NCBI GenBank assembly: GCA_002315535.1
Contig: DCHA01000057.1
Span: forward strand, 676-64,675
DNA length: 64,000 bases
From: Firmicutes bacterium UBA1764
GTDB taxonomy: Bacteria; Bacillota; Clostridia; Peptostreptococcales; Anaerovoracaceae
Direction of reading: 5' to 3'
Shown: positions 26,261-34,215 of the stretch, one piece after another
Numbering within the stretch: position 1 is the first letter of the stretch
How the letters are laid out: the number at the start of each line of letters is the position of its first letter
The notes under the pieces: generated by a model
Seen by the model: only the letters and a program-made list of their open reading frames with translations
Database searches by the model: none
What the model was told of the DNA's origin: nothing
Translations under genes and position numbers: made by a program

Positions 26261-27064
26261 TTAAATAACATGACTCTCGGTGAGCTTGCCAACGAGAAGT
26301 TTAACTACATCTTCAGGTGTTTCAGCCTTGAGGATTTCTCCGCCAGCAGCAACTGGTGGTGTGAATGACTTTCTTACGAATGTCGGGGATCCCTTAAGAC
26401 CGATCTTTGCATCGTCCATATCCGGATTGAATCCGTCGCCAAGAACTTCGATAACTGCCTTGTTTGCAGCCATCTTTCTCTTGATGGTCGGGAATCTTGG
26501 ATCGAAGCTTGGCTTTGTGAATGTTACAACTGCCGGAGCCTTAATTGAAAGTACGAGATTTCCATCAGCGCCTTCCTTGAGAACTTCAAGCTTGTCGCCG
26601 TTCATTTCGCATTCGAGACCATTTGTGATCTGGCCATATCCGAGCCATTCTGCCATTTCTGGACCAACCTGTGCTGTATCTCCATCGATAGCCTGCTTGC
26701 CGCAGAAGATGAAGTCGAACTTGCCTTCAACTTTTTCGATTTCCTTTACAGCGTTGTAAAGAATGTAGGATGTTGCGAGTGTGTCGGAGCCTGCGAATGA
26801 TCTGCCGCTAACGAGATAAGCCTTGTCAGCTGCGATTGCGAGGCATTCCTTGGAAACAGCCTTTGCTGCTTCTGGGCCCATTGTTACAACAACGATTTTA
26901 ACTTCTGGGTCTTTGTCCTTAAGACGTGCTGCTGCTTCCAGAGCATAACCATCATATGGGTTAAGGATTGCTGGAACGCCATCACGGATAAGGGTGTTGG
27001 TTACAGGATCGATCTTAATCTCGGTCGTATCCGGAACCTGCTTTGCGCATACTAAGATGTTCAT
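26261..27064 (-). CDS. etfB: electron transfer flavoprotein beta subunit
   Basis: 267 aa; MNILVCAKQVPDT... N-terminus; AGGAGGG RBS. Confidence 0.9.
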   Translation of the reverse strand: MNILVCAKQVPDTTEIKIDPVTNTLIRDGVPAILNPYDGYALEAAARLKDKDPEVKIVVVTMGPEAAKAVSKECLAIAADKAYLVSGRSFAGSDTLATSYILYNAVKEIEKVEGKFDFIFCGKQAIDGDTAQVGPEMAEWLGYGQITNGLECEMNGDKLEVLKEGADGNLVLSIKAPAVVTFTKPSFDPRFPTIKRKMAANKAVIEVLGDGFNPDMDDAKIGLKGSPTFVRKSFTPPVAAGGEILKAETPEDVVKLLVGKLTESHVI

Positions 27065-27153
27065 TTTTCCCTCCTAAAAATATTTAGTGTTTATAAGCAT
27101 ATATTTATGCGCAATTATTATATCACAAATACACATACAATAGTATATAGGAA

Positions 27154-27169
27154 TGTGATTTTTTTCACA
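27154..27169. promoter_or_regulatory. TGTGA-N6-TCACA palindrome (Rex- or CRP/FNR-type operator candidate)
   Basis: aaTGTGAttttttTCACAca, 90 nt upstream of the etfB start and 53 nt upstream of the divergent CDF gene. Confidence 0.45.
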
Positions 27170-27221
27170 CAATAGATAAAAACTTTAAGAAGACCACAAT
27201 ATGTAGTATAATTTATCCGAT

Positions 27222-28388
27222 ATGAAAAAATTTATTATTAAACATTTCGTAAAAAACCCTGATGATCTCAAATCTGTTGAGACCAGAGAGAGCTACGGCT
27301 CTGTCGCAGGCATAGTTGGAATCATCTCCAACCTCATATTATGCATTTTCAAAATTGGCTCCGGCATTATATTCGGCAGCATTGCAATCCTTGCTGATGG
27401 TATCAACAACCTTGCTGATGCCAGCGGATCCTTAATTACTTTAATCGGCTTTAAGCTTGCGGGAAGGAAGCCTGATAAGGATCATCCGTACGGACATGGA
27501 CGCACTGAATATCTCGCGGGGCTTGTTGTTTCGGTAATGGTTCTCGTTATCGGTATTTCGCTGATGAAGACTTCCATTGAAAAAACAATACATCCGGAGG
27601 AGCTTGAGTTCAGTGTGCTCAGTATTGTGGTGCTTGTTGTCGCAATCGCAATTAAGCTGTGGCAGACAAGCTTTAATATGAGCATAGGCAAGATAATTGA
27701 TTCTGATGCACTTTTGGCAACAGGCGCAGACAGCAGAAATGATGTAATTTCTACCTCTGCGGTTTTGCTGTCGGTAATTATCGGAAAGCTTTTCGGAATT
27801 AATTTGGACGGCCCTGTGGGCATTATCGTTGCGGGCTTTATTATCTGGAGCGGAATCGGGCTTGTTAAAGAGACTGTTGCTCCAATCCTCGGCCAGGCAC
27901 CGGATCCGGAGCTTGTCCAAGAAATTGCTGACCTGCTTGAGTCCGAACCGAAGGTCCTCGGAATTCATGATCTAATCGTTCATGACTACGGTCCGGGTAG
28001 ACTTTTCGCAAGCGTACACGCTGAGGTTGATGGCTTTGATAACATCTTTGAAATCCACGATTTTATTGATAATCTGGAGTATCAGTGCATGGATGAAATT
28101 GGTGTAATGCTGACCATTCACATGGATCCTGTTGATCCTAAGGACCCGGTAGTTGCCATGGCAAAGGAGTTTATCTCGGAAATCGTTCATTCTACCGAAG
28201 GCGTTGTCAATTTCCATGATGTTCGCGCTGTATCCGGTCCGACACATACGAATATAGTATTCGACATTGTTGTGGAATTTGACTGTAAGTATTCGGACGA
28301 AGAGCTGCAAAAGATTTTCAGCGATGGACTTAAATCGCATAATCCAAAATATAACTGCGTAATGAACATCGATCATAAGTATGCATAA
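27222..28388 (+). CDS. cation diffusion facilitator (CDF) family metal efflux protein
   Basis: 388 aa; six N-terminal TMs with ADGINNLADA and HPYGHGRTEY motifs; C-terminal cytoplasmic domain. Confidence 0.8.
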   Translation: MKKFIIKHFVKNPDDLKSVETRESYGSVAGIVGIISNLILCIFKIGSGIIFGSIAILADGINNLADASGSLITLIGFKLAGRKPDKDHPYGHGRTEYLAGLVVSVMVLVIGISLMKTSIEKTIHPEELEFSVLSIVVLVVAIAIKLWQTSFNMSIGKIIDSDALLATGADSRNDVISTSAVLLSVIIGKLFGINLDGPVGIIVAGFIIWSGIGLVKETVAPILGQAPDPELVQEIADLLESEPKVLGIHDLIVHDYGPGRLFASVHAEVDGFDNIFEIHDFIDNLEYQCMDEIGVMLTIHMDPVDPKDPVVAMAKEFISEIVHSTEGVVNFHDVRAVSGPTHTNIVFDIVVEFDCKYSDEELQKIFSDGLKSHNPKYNCVMNIDHKYA

Positions 28389-28451
28389 ATATGTACCATT
28401 CATGTTGATATATAATAATGTAGAATATTTTATTACAGATGATGAAATGAC

Positions 28452-28487
28452 AGGCTGCTCAGTAAAATGAGCAGCTTTTGTATTTTT
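28452..28487 (+). terminator. rho-independent terminator
   Basis: GCTGCTCA-GTAAAA-TGAGCAGC followed by TTTTGTATTTTT. Confidence 0.8.
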
Positions 28488-28490
28488 CGC

Positions 28491-28519
28491 TTGAACTTAG
28501 GCGCAGATGATAATATAAT
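28491..28519 (+). promoter_or_regulatory. sigma-A promoter for tRNA-Pro
   Basis: TTGAAC, 17-nt spacer, TATAAT (28514-28519), 11 nt before the tRNA 5' end. Confidence 0.6.
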
Positions 28520-28530
28520 TGAAAGGCTAT

Positions 28531-28606
28531 CGGGGTGTAGCGCAGTTGGTAGCGTGCTTGGTTCGGGACCAAGAGGCCATGGGTTCGAATCCCGTCACTC
28601 CGACCA
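28531..28606 (+). tRNA. tRNA-Pro (anticodon CGG), CCA encoded
   Basis: Cloverleaf by hand: acceptor CGGGGTG/CACTCCG (one G-U), anticodon arm CTTGG-TTCGGGA-CCAAG, T-arm GGGTTCGAATCCC, 3' ACCA. Confidence 0.9.
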
Positions 28607-28615
28607 TGAATGTGA

Positions 28616-28642
28616 AAGGACAGGTATAGCCTGTCCTTTTCC
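28616..28642 (+). terminator. rho-independent terminator after tRNA-Pro
   Basis: AAGGACAGG-TATAG-CCTGTCCTT followed by TT. Confidence 0.7.
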
Positions 28643-28672
28643 ATAGTTTGGCATAATTTCGCTTGGTTATCT

Positions 28673-30082
28673 ATGAAAAATACAGCTGTAATTCCAAAAG
28701 ATGAAGAGGCAAAGGTTCTGGGCTTGTTTGTAAAAGAGAAGTCTTTTTACAAGTCCTTTTTTGGCTTGCTGATAATAATAGCGCTCCAGCAGTTTGCGGC
28801 GCTGATGGTGAACCTTGTTGACAATCTCATGCTCGGCAGATACACCGAGCTTGCCCTCTCCGGAGCAACCCTCGTCAACCAGCTTCAATTTGTTCTTCAG
28901 CAGGTTGCATCGGGCGTAGGCCTTGGAATCGTCGTTTTGGCTTCTCAGTACTGGGGCCAGAAAAGAATTACTGAAATCAAAAAGATCATTTCAATCGGCA
29001 TGAAATTCGGAATGCTGGCGGGCCTGGTATTCTTTGTGCTTGGACTCACAATTCCGACTCAGCTTCTTTCGCTTTTCACAAACGATCAGCAGGTTATCGC
29101 TGAGGGCGTTAAATACCTGAAAATAATGGTGTGGACCTATCCTCTTTTCGCAATGTCAAATACCCTTATGTATGCACTGCAAAGCGTCGAGACAGCCATG
29201 ATAGGAACCATCATGTCTATCAGCACGATTATCATAAACTTCTGTTGCAATTATTGCCTTATCTACGGTAATCTCGGTGCGCCGGAGCTTGGAATCAGGG
29301 GCGCCGCTATCGCAACCGTGGTCAGCCGCAGCGTCGAGCTGATCCTGATACTCGTCTACGTTTTATTTATTGATAAGAAGCTCAAGCTTAAAATAAAGGA
29401 TTTAATTTCATTTGACATGACCTTTATGAGCGACTATATCAAGGTCGCCGCTCCGGTCATCATTACAGGCTTTTTATGGGGCTTTGCTATGGCAGCGCAG
29501 ACCGCAGTTCTTGGTCATATCAGTGCTTCGGTAATAGCCGCAAACAGCATCGCCGTAACCATATCCGAGCTCTTCGCGGTATTCGGCACATCCTGCGTTA
29601 ATGTTTCATCTGTAATAATCGGAAAGACTATAGGCTCGGGTCAGCTTAGCAAAATCAGGGCATACACCAAGACCATGCAGGGCATTTTCATTTGCCTGGG
29701 TGTCAGCCTGGGTCTGCTGATTTTCATCTTCAGAAAGCCTCTTGTCGGCTTTTACAATATCTCGGATGAGACCCGCAGCCTGACTCTCAGTTTCCTGGCG
29801 ATTCTCAGCGTTACATATATGGGTTCATGCTATGAATACCCCGTAATGAGCGGGATTATTGCCGGAGGCGGATCAACTAAATACGCGGCATGGATGGATA
29901 ATCTTTTCATGTGGCTGTTCACAATTCCGCTATCCGTGCTGAGTGCCTATGTATTTGACTTCCCGCCGGTTGTGACCTATTGCTGCCTCAAGGCCGATCA
30001 GCTTATCAAATGCATTCCTAATGCCATTGTTGTAAACAGATTCAAGTGGGTAAAGATACTTACCAGAGAGTCCGAAAAATAA
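28673..30082 (+). CDS. MATE family efflux transporter
   Basis: 469 aa, 12 predicted TMs; N-terminal LIIIALQQFAALMVNLVDNLMLGR typical of MatE repeats. Confidence 0.8.
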   Translation: MKNTAVIPKDEEAKVLGLFVKEKSFYKSFFGLLIIIALQQFAALMVNLVDNLMLGRYTELALSGATLVNQLQFVLQQVASGVGLGIVVLASQYWGQKRITEIKKIISIGMKFGMLAGLVFFVLGLTIPTQLLSLFTNDQQVIAEGVKYLKIMVWTYPLFAMSNTLMYALQSVETAMIGTIMSISTIIINFCCNYCLIYGNLGAPELGIRGAAIATVVSRSVELILILVYVLFIDKKLKLKIKDLISFDMTFMSDYIKVAAPVIITGFLWGFAMAAQTAVLGHISASVIAANSIAVTISELFAVFGTSCVNVSSVIIGKTIGSGQLSKIRAYTKTMQGIFICLGVSLGLLIFIFRKPLVGFYNISDETRSLTLSFLAILSVTYMGSCYEYPVMSGIIAGGGSTKYAAWMDNLFMWLFTIPLSVLSAYVFDFPPVVTYCCLKADQLIKCIPNAIVVNRFKWVKILTRESEK

Positions 30083-30102
30083 GTAATTTCATATTAAAAG
30101 CC

Positions 30103-30143
30103 AACACAGAGTTATTTTCTCGTAGAAAACTCTGTGTTTTTTT
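30103..30143 (+). terminator. rho-independent terminator
   Basis: AACACAGAGTT ... AACTCTGTGTT stem followed by TTTTT. Confidence 0.8.
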
Positions 30144-30153
30144 AATATTTAAC

Positions 30154-30201
30154 TTGACATGCAAGCGATATTGTATTACTGTATTAATCGCTTAATACAG
30201 T
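30154..30201 (+). promoter_or_regulatory. promoter region with perfect palindromic operator (candidate YtrA/GntR site)
   Basis: TTGACA at 30154-30159; ACTGTATTAA-TCGC-TTAATACAGT (30178-30201) perfect 10-bp arms, 20 nt upstream of the GntR gene. Confidence 0.55.
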
Positions 30202-30221
30202 TTTCAAAAAGGGGTATTTAA

Positions 30222-30584
30222 ATGGAATGGAATTTCAGAAATGATTTACCGATTTACACACAGCTTATGGAACAACTAAGCCGTGCGATAGTCTCCGGCG
30301 AGCTGCTTCCCGGAGCTAAGCTTCCGTCTGTCCGTGATATGGCAATGGATGCGGGCGTAAATCCAAACACGGTGCAGCGGGCTCTTGCAGATCTTGAGCG
30401 CGAGGGGCTTGTGTTTTCTCAGCGGACATCCGGGCGCTATGTTACGGATGATGAGGCCTTGATAGGGGAAAGAAAAGAGGCCATGGCAGAGGAAATCGCA
30501 AGGCAGTTTGTTGATTCCATAAGCAGCTTGGGATTGGACAAGGAAGAGATTATTAAGGTAATTGAAAGGGTAAGGGGCAAATAA
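30222..30584 (+). CDS. GntR-family transcriptional regulator, YtrA subfamily
   Basis: 120 aa; wHTH LPSVRDMAMDAGVNPNTVQRALADLEREGLV; short C-terminal domain; followed by an ABC ATPase. Confidence 0.85.
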   Translation: MEWNFRNDLPIYTQLMEQLSRAIVSGELLPGAKLPSVRDMAMDAGVNPNTVQRALADLEREGLVFSQRTSGRYVTDDEALIGERKEAMAEEIARQFVDSISSLGLDKEEIIKVIERVRGK

Positions 30585-30585
30585 A

Positions 30586-31281
30586 ATGGAGACATTAAAG
30601 TGCAGTGGACTCGGAAAGAGATACGGATCCACAAGGGTATTTGAAAACCTTAATCTAGAGCTCGAGGGCGGCCATATCGTCGGTCTGCTTGGGCCAAACG
30701 GCAGCGGAAAGACAACGCTGATAAAGCTTTGCTGCGGACTGCTGACTCCTGATGCAGGGGAAATCAAAATCGGAGGAGAAAAGATTGGTCCAAAGTCAAA
30801 AGCTATCACATCATATTTGCCGGAGCGTATGGCTCTGGCGGAATGGATGACCGCGGCGCAGGCAATGGATTATTACGCAGATTTCTTTGAGGATTTCAGC
30901 CGCAGCAGTGCGACTGAAATGATTCACAGCCTGGGACTTGATGAGAATCAGTCCATCAAGACAATGAGCAAGGGCACCAAGGAAAAGCTGCAGCTGATAC
31001 TTACTATGAGCCGCAAGGCAAAGCTCTACTTGCTTGACGAACCGATTGGCGGCGTAGATCCTGCAACAAGAGATTATATTCTTAACACTATTATTAATAA
31101 CTACAATCCTGAGGCAACTGTCCTGATTTCAACTCACCTTATCAGCGATGTTGAGCAGGTTCTCGACCAGGTTATTTTCCTGCGCGAGGGGAAAATCATT
31201 CTTCAGTCAGACGTTGATGATTTGCGCATGGAAAGAGGAAAGAGTATTGATGAGATCTTTAGGGAGGAATTCAGATGCTAG
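30586..31281 (+). CDS. ABC transporter ATP-binding protein (YtrB-like)
   Basis: Walker A GPNGSGKTT, signature MSKGTKEKL (degenerate), Walker B LYLLDEP. Confidence 0.8.
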   Translation: METLKCSGLGKRYGSTRVFENLNLELEGGHIVGLLGPNGSGKTTLIKLCCGLLTPDAGEIKIGGEKIGPKSKAITSYLPERMALAEWMTAAQAMDYYADFFEDFSRSSATEMIHSLGLDENQSIKTMSKGTKEKLQLILTMSRKAKLYLLDEPIGGVDPATRDYILNTIINNYNPEATVLISTHLISDVEQVLDQVIFLREGKIILQSDVDDLRMERGKSIDEIFREEFRC

Positions 31282-32099
31282 GGAAATTAATTAAGCATGA
31301 ATTTAAGGCCACCGCAAGAATAATCTGGCCTATGTACGCCGGCATGGTTGTACTTGCACTTATCACAAGACTTGCCGCTATGCCGCTTCTTGACAGCCAG
31401 CACAGCTTCTTTATTAACGCTATCAGCATATTAATCATATTCCTGTTTGGGCTTTGCATGATAGCTCTGGCATTCATGCCACTGATAATAAGCGCAGTTC
31501 GCTTTAAAAAGAACATACTCGGCAGCGAGGGTTATTTAACCATGAGCCTTCCGGTCAACACAGATCAGGTGCTTTGCTCAAAGATGATTACGAGCCTTGT
31601 GTGGTATTTCGCAAGCGCGCTGCTCGGCCTTGCAATTATTCTGATGATGGTATTCTGGGGACAGGATATTCAGCTCTTTTCCGGAGGCATCGATCTTAAA
31701 GGCTTCTTCGAAGAGGCCGCAAGACTTTCTGCAGAAAACAAGAAAATTATTTGGAATGTAGTGCTTCTCATTACTGAGTTCGTTGTTGACGGCGTAATCC
31801 TAATCAACCTCGGAACGCTTATCGTCTATGCCTCCTATTCAATCGGCTATAGCGTCAACAAGCATAAGTCACTGCTGACTGTGGTATTATTCTTTGTGTT
31901 GTTCCACATTTCAAACTGGGTTTGTGTTTTGGGAATCTTCATCTTTGGCAGACAGAGCCAGAGGTGGATTGATTTCATGACCGGAGTAAACGGCCTTCAG
32001 AGCTTCCTCGCAGGCATGCTGCTTTTGATGCTGATATCAAGCGCAGTATTATACTTCATTACAAGATTCTTTATCACAAGAAAGCTGAACCTGGAGTAA
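31275..32099 (+). CDS. membrane protein, probable permease partner of the YtrA-type ABC module
   Basis: 274 aa, about 6 hydrophobic segments; overlaps the ATPase stop; GGGAGGA RBS. No recognisable family motif. Confidence 0.5.
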   Translation: MLGKLIKHEFKATARIIWPMYAGMVVLALITRLAAMPLLDSQHSFFINAISILIIFLFGLCMIALAFMPLIISAVRFKKNILGSEGYLTMSLPVNTDQVLCSKMITSLVWYFASALLGLAIILMMVFWGQDIQLFSGGIDLKGFFEEAARLSAENKKIIWNVVLLITEFVVDGVILINLGTLIVYASYSIGYSVNKHKSLLTVVLFFVLFHISNWVCVLGIFIFGRQSQRWIDFMTGVNGLQSFLAGMLLLMLISSAVLYFITRFFITRKLNLE

Positions 32100-32112
32100 C
32101 AGTCTAATATGA

Positions 32113-32141
32113 AAAGCCCCGAGCGTTTTGCTCGGGGCTTT
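32113..32141. terminator. bidirectional terminator
   Basis: AAGCCCCGAGC-GTTTT-GCTCGGGGCTT between convergent genes. Confidence 0.85.
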
Positions 32142-32144
32142 GTG

Positions 32145-33506
32145 TTATTCTTCGTCGCTATATTCAATCTGGTTGTTAAGCTCCAGATATCTTTCGCTGT
32201 CGTCATCTGTAAGGCTTTGAACCTCGCGGAGCTTTCTGTTAATTGCCTTGGTTCTCGTTCCGATCAGAGTATCAAGATCCTTTGAAGTCTGATTAAGATG
32301 CGTCTGCATCTTGACTGCAACCTCTTCGAATTTTTCAAACTCGGTTTTTACTGCACCAAGCAATGTCCAAACCTCGTCTGATCTCTTTTGGATCGCCAGG
32401 GTCCTGAAGCCCATCTGAAGGCTGTTAAGCAGCGCCGCCATAGTGCTTGGCCCCGCAACATTAACTCCATCCTTTTGAAGCTTTTCCAAAAGACCTCTGT
32501 TTACAACCTCTGCATACAGGCCCTCAAACGGAAGGAACATGATGCCGAAGTTTGTTGTATAAGGAACCGAAACGTATTTTTCCTTAATGTCCTTTGCTTC
32601 TTTTTTCAGCTCTGTTTCAAGAGCCTTATAAGCGGCCTCGATTTCGAGTCTGTCTCCGCCTTCCTGAGCCTCTATCAGCTGCTGATAGCGCTCTCCGGCG
32701 AACTTAGAGTCAATTGGCAAATATACACTGCCTTCGGAGCCCGGAAGCTTAACCGCAAACTCAACTCTTTCTGTGCTGCCCGGAACGGTTGCGACATTGG
32801 TTTCGTATTGCTCCGGCGAAAGAATTTCCTCGAGGATTGCGCCAAGCTGGATCTCGCCAAGTATTCCGCGGGTTTTAACTCCGGAGAGAACCTTCTTAAG
32901 GCCCCCGACGTCGCTGGCAAGATTCTTCATCTGGCCTATGCCCTCGTATACCTGTGCAAGCTGATCGCTGACTGTTTTAAAGGATTCGCTGATGCGCTTT
33001 TCGAGGGTTGTCTGAAGCTTTTCATCTACAGTGCCCTTGATCTCATCAAGCTTTTTACTGTTTTCATCACGGACGTCTCTGAGGCTGTCGCTCATGCTGT
33101 TTCTGATTTTTTCCAGAGCATCCTTGTTGCTGGACTCCAGAGATTCCATGCGTCTGTATATAGTTTCAAGACGATCGTTCATATCGTCCTGCATTTGGTC
33201 TATGAGCTTTACCTCATTGTCGTTCATGCTGCGCTGGATTTCTCCGAAATGATCGAATCTGTCGTTTTGGTGATCCTGGCGTTCTTTTATTTGATCACCA
33301 ATAAGCTCGAGATTCTTTTGGTTACCGTCATTGATGTTGTTTACAATTCCGATAATATCATTTCGGAGAGCTGCGTTCTGGCTTGCGATATCCGCCTTTA
33401 CGGCGTCTGTAATGTCTTCTGCTCTGTCTCTTGAATTGCTCTTTATCAGAACAATCAGAAGCAGAATAATAGTTATAGCCAGTAATACTATTGTCAATAT
33501 TTCCAC
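32145..33506 (-). CDS. rmuC: DNA recombination protein RmuC
   Basis: 453 aa; N-terminal TM, long coiled-coil, C-terminal RmuC nuclease-like region (GEIQLGAILEEIL...MFLPFEGLYAE); GTG start with AAGGAGAG RBS. Confidence 0.8.
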   Translation of the reverse strand: MEILTIVLLAITIILLLIVLIKSNSRDRAEDITDAVKADIASQNAALRNDIIGIVNNINDGNQKNLELIGDQIKERQDHQNDRFDHFGEIQRSMNDNEVKLIDQMQDDMNDRLETIYRRMESLESSNKDALEKIRNSMSDSLRDVRDENSKKLDEIKGTVDEKLQTTLEKRISESFKTVSDQLAQVYEGIGQMKNLASDVGGLKKVLSGVKTRGILGEIQLGAILEEILSPEQYETNVATVPGSTERVEFAVKLPGSEGSVYLPIDSKFAGERYQQLIEAQEGGDRLEIEAAYKALETELKKEAKDIKEKYVSVPYTTNFGIMFLPFEGLYAEVVNRGLLEKLQKDGVNVAGPSTMAALLNSLQMGFRTLAIQKRSDEVWTLLGAVKTEFEKFEEVAVKMQTHLNQTSKDLDTLIGTRTKAINRKLREVQSLTDDDSERYLELNNQIEYSDEE

Positions 33507-33574
33507 GTTACTCTCCTTTGCACATATGTTCTTTTATCTATTATAGCATAAAAAACAGCAAAAGAGATTTGAAA

Positions 33575-33886
33575 CTAATTATTGAGTATTTCGAGGACTG
33601 TATTCTTTTGATCTTTAATTTTCTTTTTGAATAAGAAATAATGAACAAATCCCAAGACAGCTATTGCCGGAGATATAGCCATGAAAACAATTCCGAACTT
33701 AACTACTTCGGGATTGTCAATAAACTCGAACATACCTATTCCTGCGGCAAAGACAGAAATAGCTGTTCTTATATAGGCTAAAAGAGATTGCGTGTTAGTT
33801 AAAGATGTACGATCAAAGGCCATTTCGGTTCTTACCTTGGCCATGTTGGTTTGTTCGATAGTCAGCCCAAGCTTTTTGTCTTCCAT
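33575..33886 (-). CDS. DUF202/YidH-family small membrane protein
   Basis: RTEMAFDRTSLTNTQSLLAYIRTAISVFAAG motif. Start moved to the ATG at 33886 (GAGGAAA RBS); the upstream 44 codons of the track ORF lack support. Confidence 0.55.
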   Translation of the reverse strand: MEDKKLGLTIEQTNMAKVRTEMAFDRTSLTNTQSLLAYIRTAISVFAAGIGMFEFIDNPEVVKFGIVFMAISPAIAVLGFVHYFLFKKKIKDQKNTVLEILNN

Positions 33887-34128
33887 TTTCCATTTCCTCT
33901 GCTGAGATCCCCACCTCAGTTTTCTAAATGTTATAATAACAGAAAAAATGGAATGATACAAGATGAAACATGTTGAAAATAATTGCTCACTAATTACTTT
34001 TTTAACACTGTAGGGCATAATCCCACTTAAAAAAATTATTCAAATCCGCAAAACCTGATATCGTTTATTTTTCAATGCATCCACGCGTAGGGTGTATGAG
34101 ATGGGACAGAAAAGTGCAAATAAAAGCC

Positions 34129-34157
34129 TTGATTTAAATAGCTCAAATCCGTATAAT
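34129..34157 (+). promoter_or_regulatory. sigma-A promoter for the CUT1 sugar ABC operon
   Basis: TTGATT, 17-nt spacer, TATAAT (34152-34157). Confidence 0.55.
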
Positions 34158-34215
34158 TACAGTGTATTGTTATAAAGAATTCCAATTTATAATCTTAAAA
34201 CAGGAGGAATTAGTC

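Noticed and set aside
27441-27968. 175-aa and 113-aa minus-strand ORFs inside the CDF gene
   Set aside because: They are antisense to a gene with clear CDF motifs and have no independent support.
28459-28644. 61-aa minus-strand ORF
   Set aside because: It lies exactly antisense to tRNA-Pro and its terminator, so it is an artefact.
32388-33434. 348-aa plus-strand ORF antisense to rmuC
   Set aside because: It is a shadow ORF. The rmuC frame has the TM, coiled-coil and RmuC-domain organisation and an RBS. The antisense translation is low-complexity, Leu/Phe/Cys-rich.
34040-34150. TCAAATCCG direct repeat upstream of the CUT1 operon, and an 18-codon mini-ORF at about 34076
   Set aside because: The repeat is short, and one copy lies in the spacer of the predicted promoter. 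The mini-ORF has no RBS.
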